A stretch of DNA of 64,000 nt from Bacteroidia bacterium. GTDB taxonomy: Bacteria; Bacteroidota; Bacteroidia; M30B66. The stretch covers positions 480,001-544,000 of the forward strand of contig OZ257142.1 in the NCBI GenBank assembly GCA_965279035.1, read 5' to 3'. This document shows, one piece after another, positions 28,929 through 40,090 of this stretch (the first letter of the stretch is position 1; every line of letters begins with the position of its first letter). Position numbers and translations under genes: made by a program. The notes beneath the pieces are model-generated. The model had not been told where the DNA came from. It was given only the letters and a program-made list of their open reading frames with translations, and made no database searches.

Positions 28929-31562
28929 ATGCAATACCTCATTAAACAAATCTTTACAATTTCATTCCTTATTCTTTCTATCTGTGCACAAGCTCAACTC
29001 CAAGATGATTTTGCCGATGGAAATTTTACCTCAAATCCAGCCTGGTCGGGCTCTACTTCAGAATTTCTTGTTGATGGAACTTTTGCATTACAAAGCAATG
29101 GCGACACTACATCGCTTTCGAACAGAGAGATTTATCTAAGCACTCCTTCATCATCCATAGTGAGTACACAATGGGAATTTTACGTGAATCCCAAAGTTTC
29201 TACTTCTTCCAATAACCGAATGGATGTGTATCTCACTTCAAGCGATGCTGTTTTGAATGGGAACAATACCGGATATTTTGTTCGCATTGGTGGTACGCCC
29301 GATGAAGTTGCCTTGTTTCGTAAAGATGGATTAGGAACAGAATCCTATGTTATTAATGGAGTTACAGGTGCAATCAATAGCAGCAGTACAAATCCAACTA
29401 AAGTTAAAGTCACACGAGACGCATCAGGAAACTGGACGCTTTTTGCCGACTACAATGGCACAGGTGTTCTATACGAATTGATCGGTTCTGCTCAGGATTT
29501 AACCTACACAACCTCTGCTTATTTTGGATTGGTTGTTCGATATTCAAGTTCGAATAGACAAAAATATTATGCTGATAATTTCTATGTTGGACCAATCATC
29601 GTCGACAATACACCACCTGTTGTTCAATCGGTTAAGGTGCTTTCTGCAACGAGTTTAGAACTAAGTTTTTCGGAAAGTGTTAGTCAACTAACTGCTGAGG
29701 AAACGGCCAATTACTTAGTGAATAATAGCATTGGCGAACCAGTTTCTGCTGTCCGATCATCCACTTCCTTTTCAAAAGTAACCCTAAGCTTTCTTGCACA
29801 ATTTCAAGAAGGAGTTGAAAATATCCTAACAGTTAGTGCTGTGGAAGATCTTTCGGGGAACGATATGAATCCTCAACCAATTCCTTTCTTATACTACAAT
29901 GCAAAACCATACGATGTAGTAATAAATGAAATCATGGCAGATCCTGATCCTTCTGCTGGTTTGCCTAGCGCCGAATTCGTTGAGGTAAAGAATCGAACTT
30001 CGTATCCAATCAATCTTGAAAATTGGATGATTGAAGCTGGTACAAACCGAAAAGTAATTCCGGCCATTATACTTTACCCTGATAGCTTTGTTGTCCTTAC
30101 CGGTGAAACAGGGCAGGAATTATATTCTGATTCTCTTTCTGTTGTTGCATTAACATCTTTCCCTGCTCTTACCAATACTGGCGCTCGACTTACACTTTAC
30201 AATCCCGACACCGTGGTTATTTCTTCTATAACCTATGCCGATTCTTGGTATCAAGATCCCAACAAAGCTTTGGGTGGATTTTCACTGGAACAAATAAGTC
30301 CATTACAACCTTGTGCTGGCTCCGAAAACTGGAAAGCATCAGCTAGAATTTGGGGCGGAACACCCGGAAAGCAAAACAGCGTGTATGCAAATAATGCTGA
30401 TCAGCAAGCACCTAAAATTGACCGTGTTGTCGTAATTGCCATCGATACCATCCGAGTATTTTTCTCAGAAACGATTCGTTTAAGCAACCAATTGAATCTT
30501 AATTCCTACACGATTGATCAAACGATTGGTCATCCTACGTCTATTTTGTCTTATTCACCCGACTTCCTTTCTGTTAAATTATCTCTTGCTAATCCTTTAC
30601 AGGAAGGCGTTTTATATACCATTTCGATAACATCCGATTTACTCGATTGTGTGGGGAATTCGTTTGATGTAACCTCAACAGGTCGTTTTGCAATTCCTGA
30701 AATACCACAAGCAAACGATATAGTTATCAATGAAATTCTCAGCAACGAAAAGGACGGGGCGAGCGATTATGTTGAAATTTACAATCGTTCCAATAAAATC
30801 ATCGATTTAGCAAGTTTGCAATTAAGTCAATACGATACATTGGTTCAAGTTCCAATTGATATTGAGTTTATTGCACCTGATGGATACTTGCTTTTTCCGG
30901 GAGAATATTTAGTGCTTACAGATGATATTTCTGGAGTGAAGAATTTTTATTATACCTCAAATCCTACGGGTTTTTTGCAAATGGCGGGCTTTCCAACGAT
31001 GAATAATGATGATGGAACTGTTGCTCTTTCTCGCGTTTCGGATTTTGGAATCATTGATCGAATGACCTATTCTACTTCGATGCATTTTGCATTGCTGAAT
31101 AACCTCGATGGAGTGAGTTTAGAACGGGTAAATTATGATCGTCCCTCGGATGATAAAACCAATTGGAATTCAGCATCATCGGCTGTTGGTTATGGAACTC
31201 CCGCGTATAGAAATTCCCAATACAGCGAATTGATTAGCTCTCAACCCGGCTCTATTACTATTTCTCCCGAAGTGTTTTCTCCCGATGGGGATGGATTCGA
31301 TGATATCGTGAATTTTGCCTACGCTTTCGACACGCCCGGTTATACTGGAACTCTTAGCATTTACGACTCCCATGGACGATTAGTAAAATATGTTGGCAGA
31401 GGAGTCTTATTAGGAACCTCAGGTCAGTATTCTTGGAATGGAATTAACGAGGACAATGAAAAAGCCCGTTTGGGAATTTATGTTTTTGTGCTTGATGCTT
31501 TTACGCTTGATGGGAAAACAAGCAAGATAAAAAAAGCATTTGTTCTCGGTGGAAAGCTATAA
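28929..31562 (+). CDS. Secreted lamin-tail-domain protein with T9SS type B (CHU_C-like) C-terminal domain
   Basis: Signal peptide, two LTD repeats (VVINEIMADP..EFVEVKN; IVINEILSN..DYVEIYN) ending in GTPG/GTPA, Ig-like spacers, and C-terminal PEVFSPDGDGFDD. Confidence 0.8.
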   Translation: MQYLIKQIFTISFLILSICAQAQLQDDFADGNFTSNPAWSGSTSEFLVDGTFALQSNGDTTSLSNREIYLSTPSSSIVSTQWEFYVNPKVSTSSNNRMDVYLTSSDAVLNGNNTGYFVRIGGTPDEVALFRKDGLGTESYVINGVTGAINSSSTNPTKVKVTRDASGNWTLFADYNGTGVLYELIGSAQDLTYTTSAYFGLVVRYSSSNRQKYYADNFYVGPIIVDNTPPVVQSVKVLSATSLELSFSESVSQLTAEETANYLVNNSIGEPVSAVRSSTSFSKVTLSFLAQFQEGVENILTVSAVEDLSGNDMNPQPIPFLYYNAKPYDVVINEIMADPDPSAGLPSAEFVEVKNRTSYPINLENWMIEAGTNRKVIPAIILYPDSFVVLTGETGQELYSDSLSVVALTSFPALTNTGARLTLYNPDTVVISSITYADSWYQDPNKALGGFSLEQISPLQPCAGSENWKASARIWGGTPGKQNSVYANNADQQAPKIDRVVVIAIDTIRVFFSETIRLSNQLNLNSYTIDQTIGHPTSILSYSPDFLSVKLSLANPLQEGVLYTISITSDLLDCVGNSFDVTSTGRFAIPEIPQANDIVINEILSNEKDGASDYVEIYNRSNKIIDLASLQLSQYDTLVQVPIDIEFIAPDGYLLFPGEYLVLTDDISGVKNFYYTSNPTGFLQMAGFPTMNNDDGTVALSRVSDFGIIDRMTYSTSMHFALLNNLDGVSLERVNYDRPSDDKTNWNSASSAVGYGTPAYRNSQYSELISSQPGSITISPEVFSPDGDGFDDIVNFAYAFDTPGYTGTLSIYDSHGRLVKYVGRGVLLGTSGQYSWNGINEDNEKARLGIYVFVLDAFTLDGKTSKIKKAFVLGGKL

Positions 31563-32327
31563 TAAGTGTTTAAACATAGGATCTTCGGTTCGTAACACCT
31601 CATACATATCTTCCCGAATTTTGTTTTTCAACTCGGGCAAATTTTCTTTGGTTAATCCAGTTGTATCGTAAGGACCTAAATATTTAATGGTGATTGTTCC
31701 CGGTCGAACAGCGTAATTATCGGAAGCAGTTATATTTCGTGCATTAATACTGCACATTGCCACGATGGGTTTTTGACTTTCAATGGCAAAACGAAATGCA
31801 CCATCGTAAAATTCGTTCAGCGGTTCCAAACCTTTATTTCGTGTCCCTTCGGGGAAAATAAAAATGGAATTCCCATTCAGAATCTCACTCATCATCGCTC
31901 TTGAACTTTTGTCGCGGCTTTCTTTGCTTCTTCTATCAACAAGCACGCATACGGTGGCGAATAAAAACCCTAAAAGGGGCATTTTTTTCAATTGCACTTT
32001 TGCCAAAGGTTTTACACTAATGGGCAAGCTGTATGCTCCAATAAACATATCGAGATTGGAGCCATGGTTTGATACAACTATGCATGGTAAATTCCCGAAA
32101 AGCTTTTCGCGATTTACCGTTTTAATTCGTATTCCAGCGCAAAGAAAAAAGGTAGCAGACCAAAATTTATACACCATCATCATGGGTTGATGGGCGCGTT
32201 TTCCTATTGTCGGAATAAGTAATAATCCAATGAGGCTGGAGGAAACCAAAAAACACAGAAATACGAGTATCAACCAGATCCAATAAGGAATCAATAGAAA
32301 ATAGGAGAGAAGTCGGAGCACGGTCAA
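31557..32327 (-). CDS. plsC: 1-acyl-sn-glycerol-3-phosphate acyltransferase
   Basis: NHGSNLD (HX4D) and FPEGTRN motifs. Confidence 0.88.
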   Translation of the reverse strand: MTVLRLLSYFLLIPYWIWLILVFLCFLVSSSLIGLLLIPTIGKRAHQPMMMVYKFWSATFFLCAGIRIKTVNREKLFGNLPCIVVSNHGSNLDMFIGAYSLPISVKPLAKVQLKKMPLLGFLFATVCVLVDRRSKESRDKSSRAMMSEILNGNSIFIFPEGTRNKGLEPLNEFYDGAFRFAIESQKPIVAMCSINARNITASDNYAVRPGTITIKYLGPYDTTGLTKENLPELKNKIREDMYEVLRTEDPMFKHLL

Positions 32328-32392
32328 ATGTAACGAGGTTCCTGAAAATGCCAGCAGACGAAAAAAATCATTTATCGGTTTATCTTCGTGCC

Positions 32393-33454
32393 ATGAAGTG
32401 CGACTTTATAATCGTTGGTCAAGGAATAGCTGGGACAACGCTCGCTTTGGAGTTAATTTCACAAGGCGCATCGGTGAAAGTAATTGATGTATTTGGTCCA
32501 AGTAATTCTTCTCGGGTAGCCGCAGGATTATTTAATGCAGTTGTATTTAAACGAATAACCTTTGGGTGGAGGGCAAAAGAAAGTCTGAAAGAAGCACATC
32601 GTTTTTATGCAAGTCAAGAAGAATTTACAGGCATTCCTTTATTTTATCCCATCGGATTGCATCGTGTTCACGGAAGTTTAGCCGAAAAGCAGTCTTGGAG
32701 TAAGTTTCGAGAAGAAGATGAGTTTGAAGGATTCTTAGGAGAAACACAAGATTCCGAATCAAAGCCCTGGTTAAAACAAGAATACGGAGGTGCACTTGTA
32801 CCGGGAGCTGGATTTGTTGATACACGTGCTTGGCTTAATAGTGTTAGAAGAATCTTCTGTTCAAAGAATAGTTTACTTGAAGAATCATTCGATTATTCAG
32901 CATTGGTGATTAAAGAAGATACTGTTCGATACAAAGACATCGAAGCTCAAAAGATAATTTTCTGCGAAGGTGCTGATGCAATTAAAAATCCCTGGTTTAA
33001 CTATTTACCATTTAACCTAGCCAAAGGCGAAGTACTCGTTATTCATGCACCGGGCTTGAAGAACGAAATATTTAATGGGAGCATTTATGGAGTTCCTCTT
33101 GGTGATGGAATGTTCCGTGTTGGATCTACGTATGAGTGGGAAACCCTCAATACAGAACCTACTGCAGAAAAAAGAAATGAACTAAAAGATAAACTCAATC
33201 AACTTCTAAATGTTCCATTTACCATTATTTCTCATGAAGCAGGTATTCGTCCAACGGTGCTTGATCGCAGACCTTTAATTGGTTTGCATCCTTTGTATCC
33301 TTCTCTTGGAATTTTTAATGGACTTGGCACTAAAGGCGTTTTGTTGGCTCCTTTGCAAGCCAAAGAGTTTGTCAAGTATTTACTTCATGGAGAAACACTT
33401 TCGCCTTTATCTTCCATTGATCGATTTGTGAAACTACTTCCCAAACATGAGTAG
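32393..33454 (+). CDS. FAD-dependent oxidoreductase (DAO/glycine oxidase-like)
   Basis: IVGQGIAG Rossmann motif, SRVAAG, KGEVL, AGIRPT and NGLGTKG. Start at ATG 32393. Confidence 0.85.
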   Translation: MKCDFIIVGQGIAGTTLALELISQGASVKVIDVFGPSNSSRVAAGLFNAVVFKRITFGWRAKESLKEAHRFYASQEEFTGIPLFYPIGLHRVHGSLAEKQSWSKFREEDEFEGFLGETQDSESKPWLKQEYGGALVPGAGFVDTRAWLNSVRRIFCSKNSLLEESFDYSALVIKEDTVRYKDIEAQKIIFCEGADAIKNPWFNYLPFNLAKGEVLVIHAPGLKNEIFNGSIYGVPLGDGMFRVGSTYEWETLNTEPTAEKRNELKDKLNQLLNVPFTIISHEAGIRPTVLDRRPLIGLHPLYPSLGIFNGLGTKGVLLAPLQAKEFVKYLLHGETLSPLSSIDRFVKLLPKHE

Positions 33455-34586
33455 TTCTGCTCCCAAAAACTATTTCGAAAACCTTGATGCAACCAGGTTT
33501 CTGGGTTTCTTTCATGTCTTTTTAGCACATTGTTTTTTCACGACAAATCCTCAAATAGAAAACTCGAAAGCTTTTCATATAGCTACAGTAAACATTCGAT
33601 CGGGCTTTCTTGGTTTGGATTATTTCTTTGTGCTGTCAAGCTTTCTGCTCACATGGTTAGCTTTAAATGAATGGCAGAAAACAGGGAATTTTAAACCTGG
33701 CTTGTTTATGATTCGACGCGGATTAAGACTTTGGCCGCTTTACTTTTTATTGGTTTTAGGTACATATATCACCGTATTTTTTTGGGGCGATAGATTCTCC
33801 ATTTCTGAACTTCCTCCTATTTCTGTTTTCCTATTATTTGTTTCCAACCTCTGGGTTTCTATCCACGGTCAAGGCTTTCTTTTTCTACTCGTATTTTTTT
33901 GGTCGATTGCTGTTGAAGAACAATTCTATGTTTTCTGGGCTTTTGTTCTTCGTTTTTTGCATAATCATCTTGTTGTGGTAAGCTTTGTCATGATTGCGAT
34001 TTCACTAATTTTTAGAGCACTTAATCTGCAAAACGAACCCAACTTATTTTTTAATACGCTAAGTTATTTGGGGAATTTTGGAATTGGTGCATTAACGGCA
34101 AATCTCGCATTTCAACAAGGGGCTTTGCTTCGGAGAATAGAACAAATGCCTCGCTGGTTTATACTAAGCACCTATCTTCTCTTATTGACTCTCACGCTTG
34201 GATATTTCCGATGGTTTCAATCACCTTTCATGATAGTAACAGAAAAAATCATTTTCGGAATCTTCTTTTCATTCCTGATTTTGGAACAATGCTATGCAAA
34301 GAATTCACTTTTTAAATTGGGTAAATTCAAAGTCATCAGTTACTTCGGACAACTTTCTCTTGGATTGTATTGCTTCCACGGAATTGTTCTAACTCTTGCT
34401 ATACCTTTTATTAAATCTCATGGTTTTGCTGTTGAAGGATGGCAAGTTTATGTGATCAATCCGTTCATTATTTTTTCCTGTACTCTAATCATAGCATGGC
34501 TTAGCTATCGATATTTTGAGCAACCAATTCATAATAAACGGCGGTTTTTTTACCCAAAAACTTCTTCTAAAACTTCGGGTGTATGA
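33447..34586 (+). CDS. Acyltransferase family 3 (OafA-like membrane O-acyltransferase)
   Basis: LDATRF, FFVLSSFL, RRGLRLWPLY, WSIAVEEQFY and SYRYFEQP motifs. Confidence 0.88.
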   Translation: MSSSAPKNYFENLDATRFLGFFHVFLAHCFFTTNPQIENSKAFHIATVNIRSGFLGLDYFFVLSSFLLTWLALNEWQKTGNFKPGLFMIRRGLRLWPLYFLLVLGTYITVFFWGDRFSISELPPISVFLLFVSNLWVSIHGQGFLFLLVFFWSIAVEEQFYVFWAFVLRFLHNHLVVVSFVMIAISLIFRALNLQNEPNLFFNTLSYLGNFGIGALTANLAFQQGALLRRIEQMPRWFILSTYLLLLTLTLGYFRWFQSPFMIVTEKIIFGIFFSFLILEQCYAKNSLFKLGKFKVISYFGQLSLGLYCFHGIVLTLAIPFIKSHGFAVEGWQVYVINPFIIFSCTLIIAWLSYRYFEQPIHNKRRFFYPKTSSKTSGV

Positions 34587-35269
34587 AGCCCCGAAATGGA
34601 TGGTAAATGCCAACGAAAATATTCTAAGATCATCCGAGAGATTTGTCTTCGTTGAGGTCGACTAAATTTCAAGTTAGATAATTGACCAAATCCGGTACAC
34701 ATTAATTGATAGATGGCGGCACTTGATTGAAGATCGAAGCAAGTTGGACCCGGACTATGATGAAAAGCTCCATCGGTAAATTGAAAGTAAGGAGTGTTTT
34801 CGCTATAATTATCAACTGGATAAAAACCCAAAAAGCGAGAAAACTCCAACAGAAATTTCAAATGAAAATCGGGGATTTCGAATGGTGTTTGATCGAGTAA
34901 AATCAAAACATCCCTCAAGAAATCGAAAAGCGGATCGTTTTGCTCTTCTTCTTTGATGGTTCTTAAAAGTACTTCCGATAAAAAAAGGGCTTGTGCCGTT
35001 TTACCGTTTGAAAATGGAATTCCAACAAAAGGAATATCAATTCGGAGTTCTCGCAATTGTTGCAAACCGCGATTTTCCTTAATCTGCATTTGAATTTCAA
35101 GCAAACTTAAGGGTTGAAGTAAGGCAGCTTTATTTCCTCCTTTTTTACTACGAACACCATTCACCAAAAAAGAAACGAGCCCCCGATGACGAGTATACAT
35201 TCTAGCCACAACCGATGAATCGCCATGCTTGAACGTGTGCAATACGATGGCTTGGCTGCCGATCAACAT
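34550..35269 (-). CDS. recO: DNA repair protein RecO
   Basis: AIVLHTFKHGDSSVVARMYT, LQPLSLL and FHLKFLLEFSRFLGFYP motifs; adjacent to porZ as is usual in Bacteroidota. Confidence 0.9.
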   Translation of the reverse strand: MLIGSQAIVLHTFKHGDSSVVARMYTRHRGLVSFLVNGVRSKKGGNKAALLQPLSLLEIQMQIKENRGLQQLRELRIDIPFVGIPFSNGKTAQALFLSEVLLRTIKEEEQNDPLFDFLRDVLILLDQTPFEIPDFHLKFLLEFSRFLGFYPVDNYSENTPYFQFTDGAFHHSPGPTCFDLQSSAAIYQLMCTGFGQLSNLKFSRPQRRQISRMILEYFRWHLPSISGLHTPEVLEEVFG

Positions 35270-35272
35270 TGC

Positions 35273-37594
35273 TTAATTGATAAATAAAAACTTAGTTACC
35301 TTGGTTTGACTACCATCGTCGTTCGAACAAAATACCAAGTAAACGCCTGTTGCTGCTCGTTCACCCGAAAATAGCCTTCCATTCCATATTGCTGTTCCAC
35401 CATTAGCAACAGTAGTATAAACAAGGTTCCCACTCACATCGGTGATTTTAATATTGGCATCTGTCACCAAACCTGTTATTGCAATGGGACCTTCGTATCC
35501 ATGTTGAACGGGATTTGGAAAGGTATACACATGGCCAAACGTATCACCACCGCGGCTTGCATCTGTTCTATAAGAGCAAATTCCCACATTGGTTCCAATG
35601 AAGATTTCACCTGTTTCTCCGTTGATGCTTAGGCTATTGATGGTATTGCTTAGTAAGGGACTGTTTTCGGATGTAAACTGAGCAATTTGTTCAGTTCCAT
35701 CGGGTGAAACCACAAAAATACCTGCCTTCTTCGTCCCAATCCATTTTCTATTGGCGCCATCAACTGCAATGGCTGTAACATCTTCTTCTTTTAATAAATA
35801 CTGATTGAAGCCATCTTGCCCGATGATGATAGTTTGAGAATCCCATCCTGTTGCACCATCTTGGAATATTGCTTCAGGAGTATAAAAAACACTTATTCCT
35901 TTGGAAGTCCCAACCCAAATCTGTCCTTCAAGATCTTGTGCCATGCAATACACCGTTGAACTTGCAAGAGCTCCATTTCCGATTTGATCGTTCAAGAATT
36001 TAAATCCCTTCAAGGTAGTTCCATCTGTATTGGCAACGAGAATTCCATGCTCTTGAACAATTACCCATTTTAGACCGGAACTGTCGATTAGCAGATTACC
36101 TAAAAACTGGTTATTAACGGAGCTATTAAACGTAAAATTCTTCCATTCTCCACCTGGTGTTTTTACTGCTAAAGGGTGAGAAGACGATGAACATGTTGCC
36201 CAAAGATTTCCATCGGCATCCGTTGCTACATCCGAAACTCGGATGTCGTTAGGGTAGTTTGCAATTCCCACTAAACCACTATTGGAAGCGGCAAATTGTT
36301 GAACGATGCTTCCATTTTTAAATTCAGCAATTCCATTTCCCCAAGATGCCAAATACACGTGATTTGCATCACCTGGATCGATGCATAACGAAACAATATC
36401 GCGGATAAAGTCAGTCCCATTATTTAAGATATAGGAGTCCCAATTCAATCCGTCGAATTCAAAAACTCCATCAATAGAATAAAGTGGAGAATATGCCACA
36501 TCCCATGCTCCAGGCGCAACCCACACTTTTCCTCCTGAGTTTTTCAGTTTAAAAACATTGGAAGTTGGCGGACCTTCAACCGAATACGAAGTATTAATAA
36601 ATACATTTTGGGATTTAATGAGACTTTGATTTTTATCAGCAATCCAAATTCGTTTATTATCTACCTGATCAACAATGGCATCCAGCGGTGATGGAGGTAA
36701 AGTGACATCCGAATAGGAAAGCACATTTTCTACATACAAACTACCCGAATCAATCATGGTAGTTCCATAATTCGTAGTGTAAACCAAGCGTTCAGGCTTC
36801 GACGTTATTGAATGTATCGATTGTCCCGTTCGAACGATTGTTAGTTGATTGTCTTTAATTGAATACAAGGTGTCTTGATCAACGGCATTGTCTACATAAT
36901 GCGAAACATAAACTCCTCCGTTAAAACACGTAACATGACTTAAAGCCAAACCATTTAGAAGTGAATCGCGCGTCCAAGCGACATAATAGGGTAATGCGGG
37001 ATTTGTTACATCAGCCTTGAAAAGTCCTTTAGAGGTTGCAGCATATATGATGTTACCATTAGAAGCAACATCCAAAATATCAGGGTTGAGAAGTGAAGGA
37101 TATAGTGTTGTACGAACTTCTCTTTTAGTCATATCATACACTACGATTCCAAAATTGCAGCACAAATACGCTTTGTCGCCAATAAATCGAATGGCATTAA
37201 TCGTTTTTCCTCCTTGAACAACTGTAGAACGCTTAATGTCGCCAACATTCATCACCACATTATCACGAACTAAATCGAGATTTCCATTTTTATATCCAAC
37301 GACTAGTGTATTGCTTCCTTCATGATAATTTACACAGGAAAGACTAATATCACTCAAGCCATTGGAGCGGGAAAGTCGTTCGATGCTGCCATCATCTTTT
37401 TTGAAGATTATCACTCCATTGGTCGTTGCGCAATACACGAATTTTGAACTTTGAGCAACAGAGAGCGCCTTCGTAAAAGGAAGATGTTCTCTCCATTCGC
37501 CTAAAGCAATATTTCCAGATTGTTGTGCACGAAGTGAAAAGGCTATTTGAGCAAGAACTATGAGAAGAAAGAATGCACGGAAATTCATTTTCAT
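35273..37594 (-). CDS. porZ: T9SS component PorZ (beta-propeller, CTD-bearing)
   Basis: Signal peptide, GEWREHLPF, propeller repeats (IAVDGANRKWIGT, FTSENSPLLSN) and CTD VYTFPNPV...ATGVYLVF; next to recO. Confidence 0.85.
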   Translation of the reverse strand: MKMNFRAFFLLIVLAQIAFSLRAQQSGNIALGEWREHLPFTKALSVAQSSKFVYCATTNGVIIFKKDDGSIERLSRSNGLSDISLSCVNYHEGSNTLVVGYKNGNLDLVRDNVVMNVGDIKRSTVVQGGKTINAIRFIGDKAYLCCNFGIVVYDMTKREVRTTLYPSLLNPDILDVASNGNIIYAATSKGLFKADVTNPALPYYVAWTRDSLLNGLALSHVTCFNGGVYVSHYVDNAVDQDTLYSIKDNQLTIVRTGQSIHSITSKPERLVYTTNYGTTMIDSGSLYVENVLSYSDVTLPPSPLDAIVDQVDNKRIWIADKNQSLIKSQNVFINTSYSVEGPPTSNVFKLKNSGGKVWVAPGAWDVAYSPLYSIDGVFEFDGLNWDSYILNNGTDFIRDIVSLCIDPGDANHVYLASWGNGIAEFKNGSIVQQFAASNSGLVGIANYPNDIRVSDVATDADGNLWATCSSSSHPLAVKTPGGEWKNFTFNSSVNNQFLGNLLIDSSGLKWVIVQEHGILVANTDGTTLKGFKFLNDQIGNGALASSTVYCMAQDLEGQIWVGTSKGISVFYTPEAIFQDGATGWDSQTIIIGQDGFNQYLLKEEDVTAIAVDGANRKWIGTKKAGIFVVSPDGTEQIAQFTSENSPLLSNTINSLSINGETGEIFIGTNVGICSYRTDASRGGDTFGHVYTFPNPVQHGYEGPIAITGLVTDANIKITDVSGNLVYTTVANGGTAIWNGRLFSGERAATGVYLVFCSNDDGSQTKVTKFLFIN

Positions 37595-37813
37595 TTTTTG
37601 GTATTCAGCCTCGTAAAACGTGGAAGTGGTAAAGATATTTTATTTAAAATAAAGATCAGGTTGGGCGATAAAAATAGCAATCGTTTAAAATCGAAGGGCG
37701 AATTATAGGATTTGATAAATTTCTTAACACAAAAACACATGAAACAGGATATTTTCATCTACTTTTAAATATCCGCAAACATACTACTGAGCGGAAAAGG
37801 CTATTTTTGACCC

Positions 37814-39958
37814 ATGCAAACACCAGAAGAATCGCTTAACACACCGGAGTCCGGCCCGAATGAAATGCCGGAACTAGAAATTGCCAATAGTGCCGAAAGT
37901 ACTGTAAACACGGAAGTTTCAACTGAAATTGTTTCTGAATCTGAACCTGAAATTGAAGTGCCGGAAGATATTCCAACTCCAATTATACCAGAAGAAATGC
38001 CCCAGAGCGAACCTTCTCCTTCAGAAAATCCAGAAGAACCCGAAGATATAGCTAATCCGGAAATTCATTCTGATTCAGCTGTATCAGAAATTGCTAATGA
38101 TCAACAATTGCTTGAAGAGACGCCTGTTCAAACGGTTGTTAATGAAGTGATTGAAGTGGCTCATCCTGAAATAACATTGAAGGAAGAAGAAGAAGATTCA
38201 CACGAATCTGATCCCAATGAGGATTTGCATCCACAAGTAGCTTTTCAAGAATTATCTCGCATCGAATTAGTTGCCGCCATTCAAGAAGCGGTTGATTCTG
38301 ACGATACCGATAGTATGCGCATGCGCGTTCGTGCTATTCGTGATGGATACTATAAAGTGAAAGATGAAGAAGTTGCTGCAAAGCGATTGAAGTTTATCGA
38401 AAATGGTGGTTTGTCGGAAGAGTTTGAAGTGTTGCGTGATGAAACAGATGAGCAGTTTGATGCTTTAGTGAAGCGTTTTCAAGAAAAGCGTGCAGAACAA
38501 CGTCGTCGTCGTGAGCAAGAATTACTTTCTAACCTTAAGAAAAAAGAAACAATACTGGCCGAATTGAAGGCCATGCTTGAAAATACTGAAAACATTTCAG
38601 CCAGTTTTGATCGACTGCACGAGTTACAAGAACAATGGCGTTCGATCGGATTAGTTCCTTCACAACATGTGGATGAACTATGGAAAAACTACCATCATCA
38701 CATCAACAACTTCTACGATATCATTAAGATAAACAAGGAGTTGCGCGACTTAGACAACAAGAAAAATCTCGAACTTAAAACGCAATTATGCGAAAAAGCC
38801 GAAGATTTATTGATGGAAGAATCAATCACCAAATCGCTCGATGTTTACAAAGAATTACAAGATCAGTGGAAAGAAATTGGTCATGTTGCTCGTGAGTTTA
38901 GCGAAGTACTTTGGGAGCGTTTTCGTGCTGCAGGAGATAAACTGTTCGACAGAAGAAGAGAATACATTCAAGGTCAAGAGAAAGATTATTCTGCCAACTT
39001 AGCGTTGAAGAATGAGATTGTAGCTAAAGCAGAAGCATTCTTGCAAGAAGCTCCTTATAAAAATCACGTTCAATGGCAGGCTGCTTCCGAAAAACTGGCT
39101 GCTTTGCTTGAAGAATGGAAAAAAGTAGGTTTTACGTCGCGCAAAGACAATGAAGCTATTTGGCAAAAATTCAAAGGAATTCGCGATCAGTTTTACACGA
39201 CCAAAGAAGATTTTTACAAAACATTACGAAATGCTCAAAACCACAATTATAAGTTAAAAGTGGATTTGTGTATGGAAGCTGAAGCGCTTCGTGAAACAAT
39301 GGATTGGAAAAAAACGGGCGAACGACTTCGTCAGCTTCAAGAAGCCTGGAAGCAAGTTGGTCCAGTTTCTAAAAAACATAGCGATAAACTTTGGATTCGT
39401 TTTAGAACAGCATGCGATGCTTTCTTTGAAAATAGAAACAAGCATTTTGCTGGAATGAATGATGAACAAGACTTAAATCTTCAAAAGAAGAAAGAGCTTG
39501 TCGCCCGTGTTGAAGCCTTTGTTCCAAGCGAAGATACTCCAGCCAATTTTGATGCTTTAAAAGCCTTTCAAAATGAATGGATGGAAATTGGGCATGTTCC
39601 AATCAAAGAAAAAGATAAGCTTTATAAAATGTTTAGAACAGCAATTGATGCTCAGTTTTCTAAACTTAAAACCGATAGCGCCAATTCAAGAAGAGAGCAT
39701 TTCCGTTCTCAGGTAAATCATACGATTGCCGACAAAGGTGGAAAAGACAAATTGAATCATCAAAAAGTGGTAGTTCAGGATAAAATCCGCAAACTGCAAA
39801 CAGATGTTCAAACGCTCGAAAACAATATTGGATTCTTTGGAAATTCAAAGTCGAAAGCCGCCGAAGAAATGAAGCGCGACATCGAACGTAAAATCAGTAA
39901 AGCCAAAGAAGATATTGGTCAGCTCTACGATCAACTTCGAATTTTACAAGAAGTCTAA
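37814..39958 (+). CDS. DUF349 domain protein
   Basis: Acidic disordered N-terminus and repeated LQEQW(K/R)xIGxV...LWxRFRxAxDxFF helical repeats. Confidence 0.85.
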   Translation: MQTPEESLNTPESGPNEMPELEIANSAESTVNTEVSTEIVSESEPEIEVPEDIPTPIIPEEMPQSEPSPSENPEEPEDIANPEIHSDSAVSEIANDQQLLEETPVQTVVNEVIEVAHPEITLKEEEEDSHESDPNEDLHPQVAFQELSRIELVAAIQEAVDSDDTDSMRMRVRAIRDGYYKVKDEEVAAKRLKFIENGGLSEEFEVLRDETDEQFDALVKRFQEKRAEQRRRREQELLSNLKKKETILAELKAMLENTENISASFDRLHELQEQWRSIGLVPSQHVDELWKNYHHHINNFYDIIKINKELRDLDNKKNLELKTQLCEKAEDLLMEESITKSLDVYKELQDQWKEIGHVAREFSEVLWERFRAAGDKLFDRRREYIQGQEKDYSANLALKNEIVAKAEAFLQEAPYKNHVQWQAASEKLAALLEEWKKVGFTSRKDNEAIWQKFKGIRDQFYTTKEDFYKTLRNAQNHNYKLKVDLCMEAEALRETMDWKKTGERLRQLQEAWKQVGPVSKKHSDKLWIRFRTACDAFFENRNKHFAGMNDEQDLNLQKKKELVARVEAFVPSEDTPANFDALKAFQNEWMEIGHVPIKEKDKLYKMFRTAIDAQFSKLKTDSANSRREHFRSQVNHTIADKGGKDKLNHQKVVVQDKIRKLQTDVQTLENNIGFFGNSKSKAAEEMKRDIERKISKAKEDIGQLYDQLRILQEV

Positions 39959-39973
39959 AAACACATTGCATTC

Positions 39974-40008
39974 AAGCCCCGCTTTCTCTTTCATAGCGGG
40001 GCTTTTTT
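39974..40008 (+). terminator. Intrinsic terminator
   Basis: AAGCCCCGCT-11 nt loop-AGCGGGGCTT followed by a T-run. Confidence 0.85.
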
Positions 40009-40090
40009 GTTTTTAAATAAGATCGTTTTGATATCATTATAAGATTCACACTCTTGAAAAACGAAACTCATTTCATATTACCTTTCGTTC

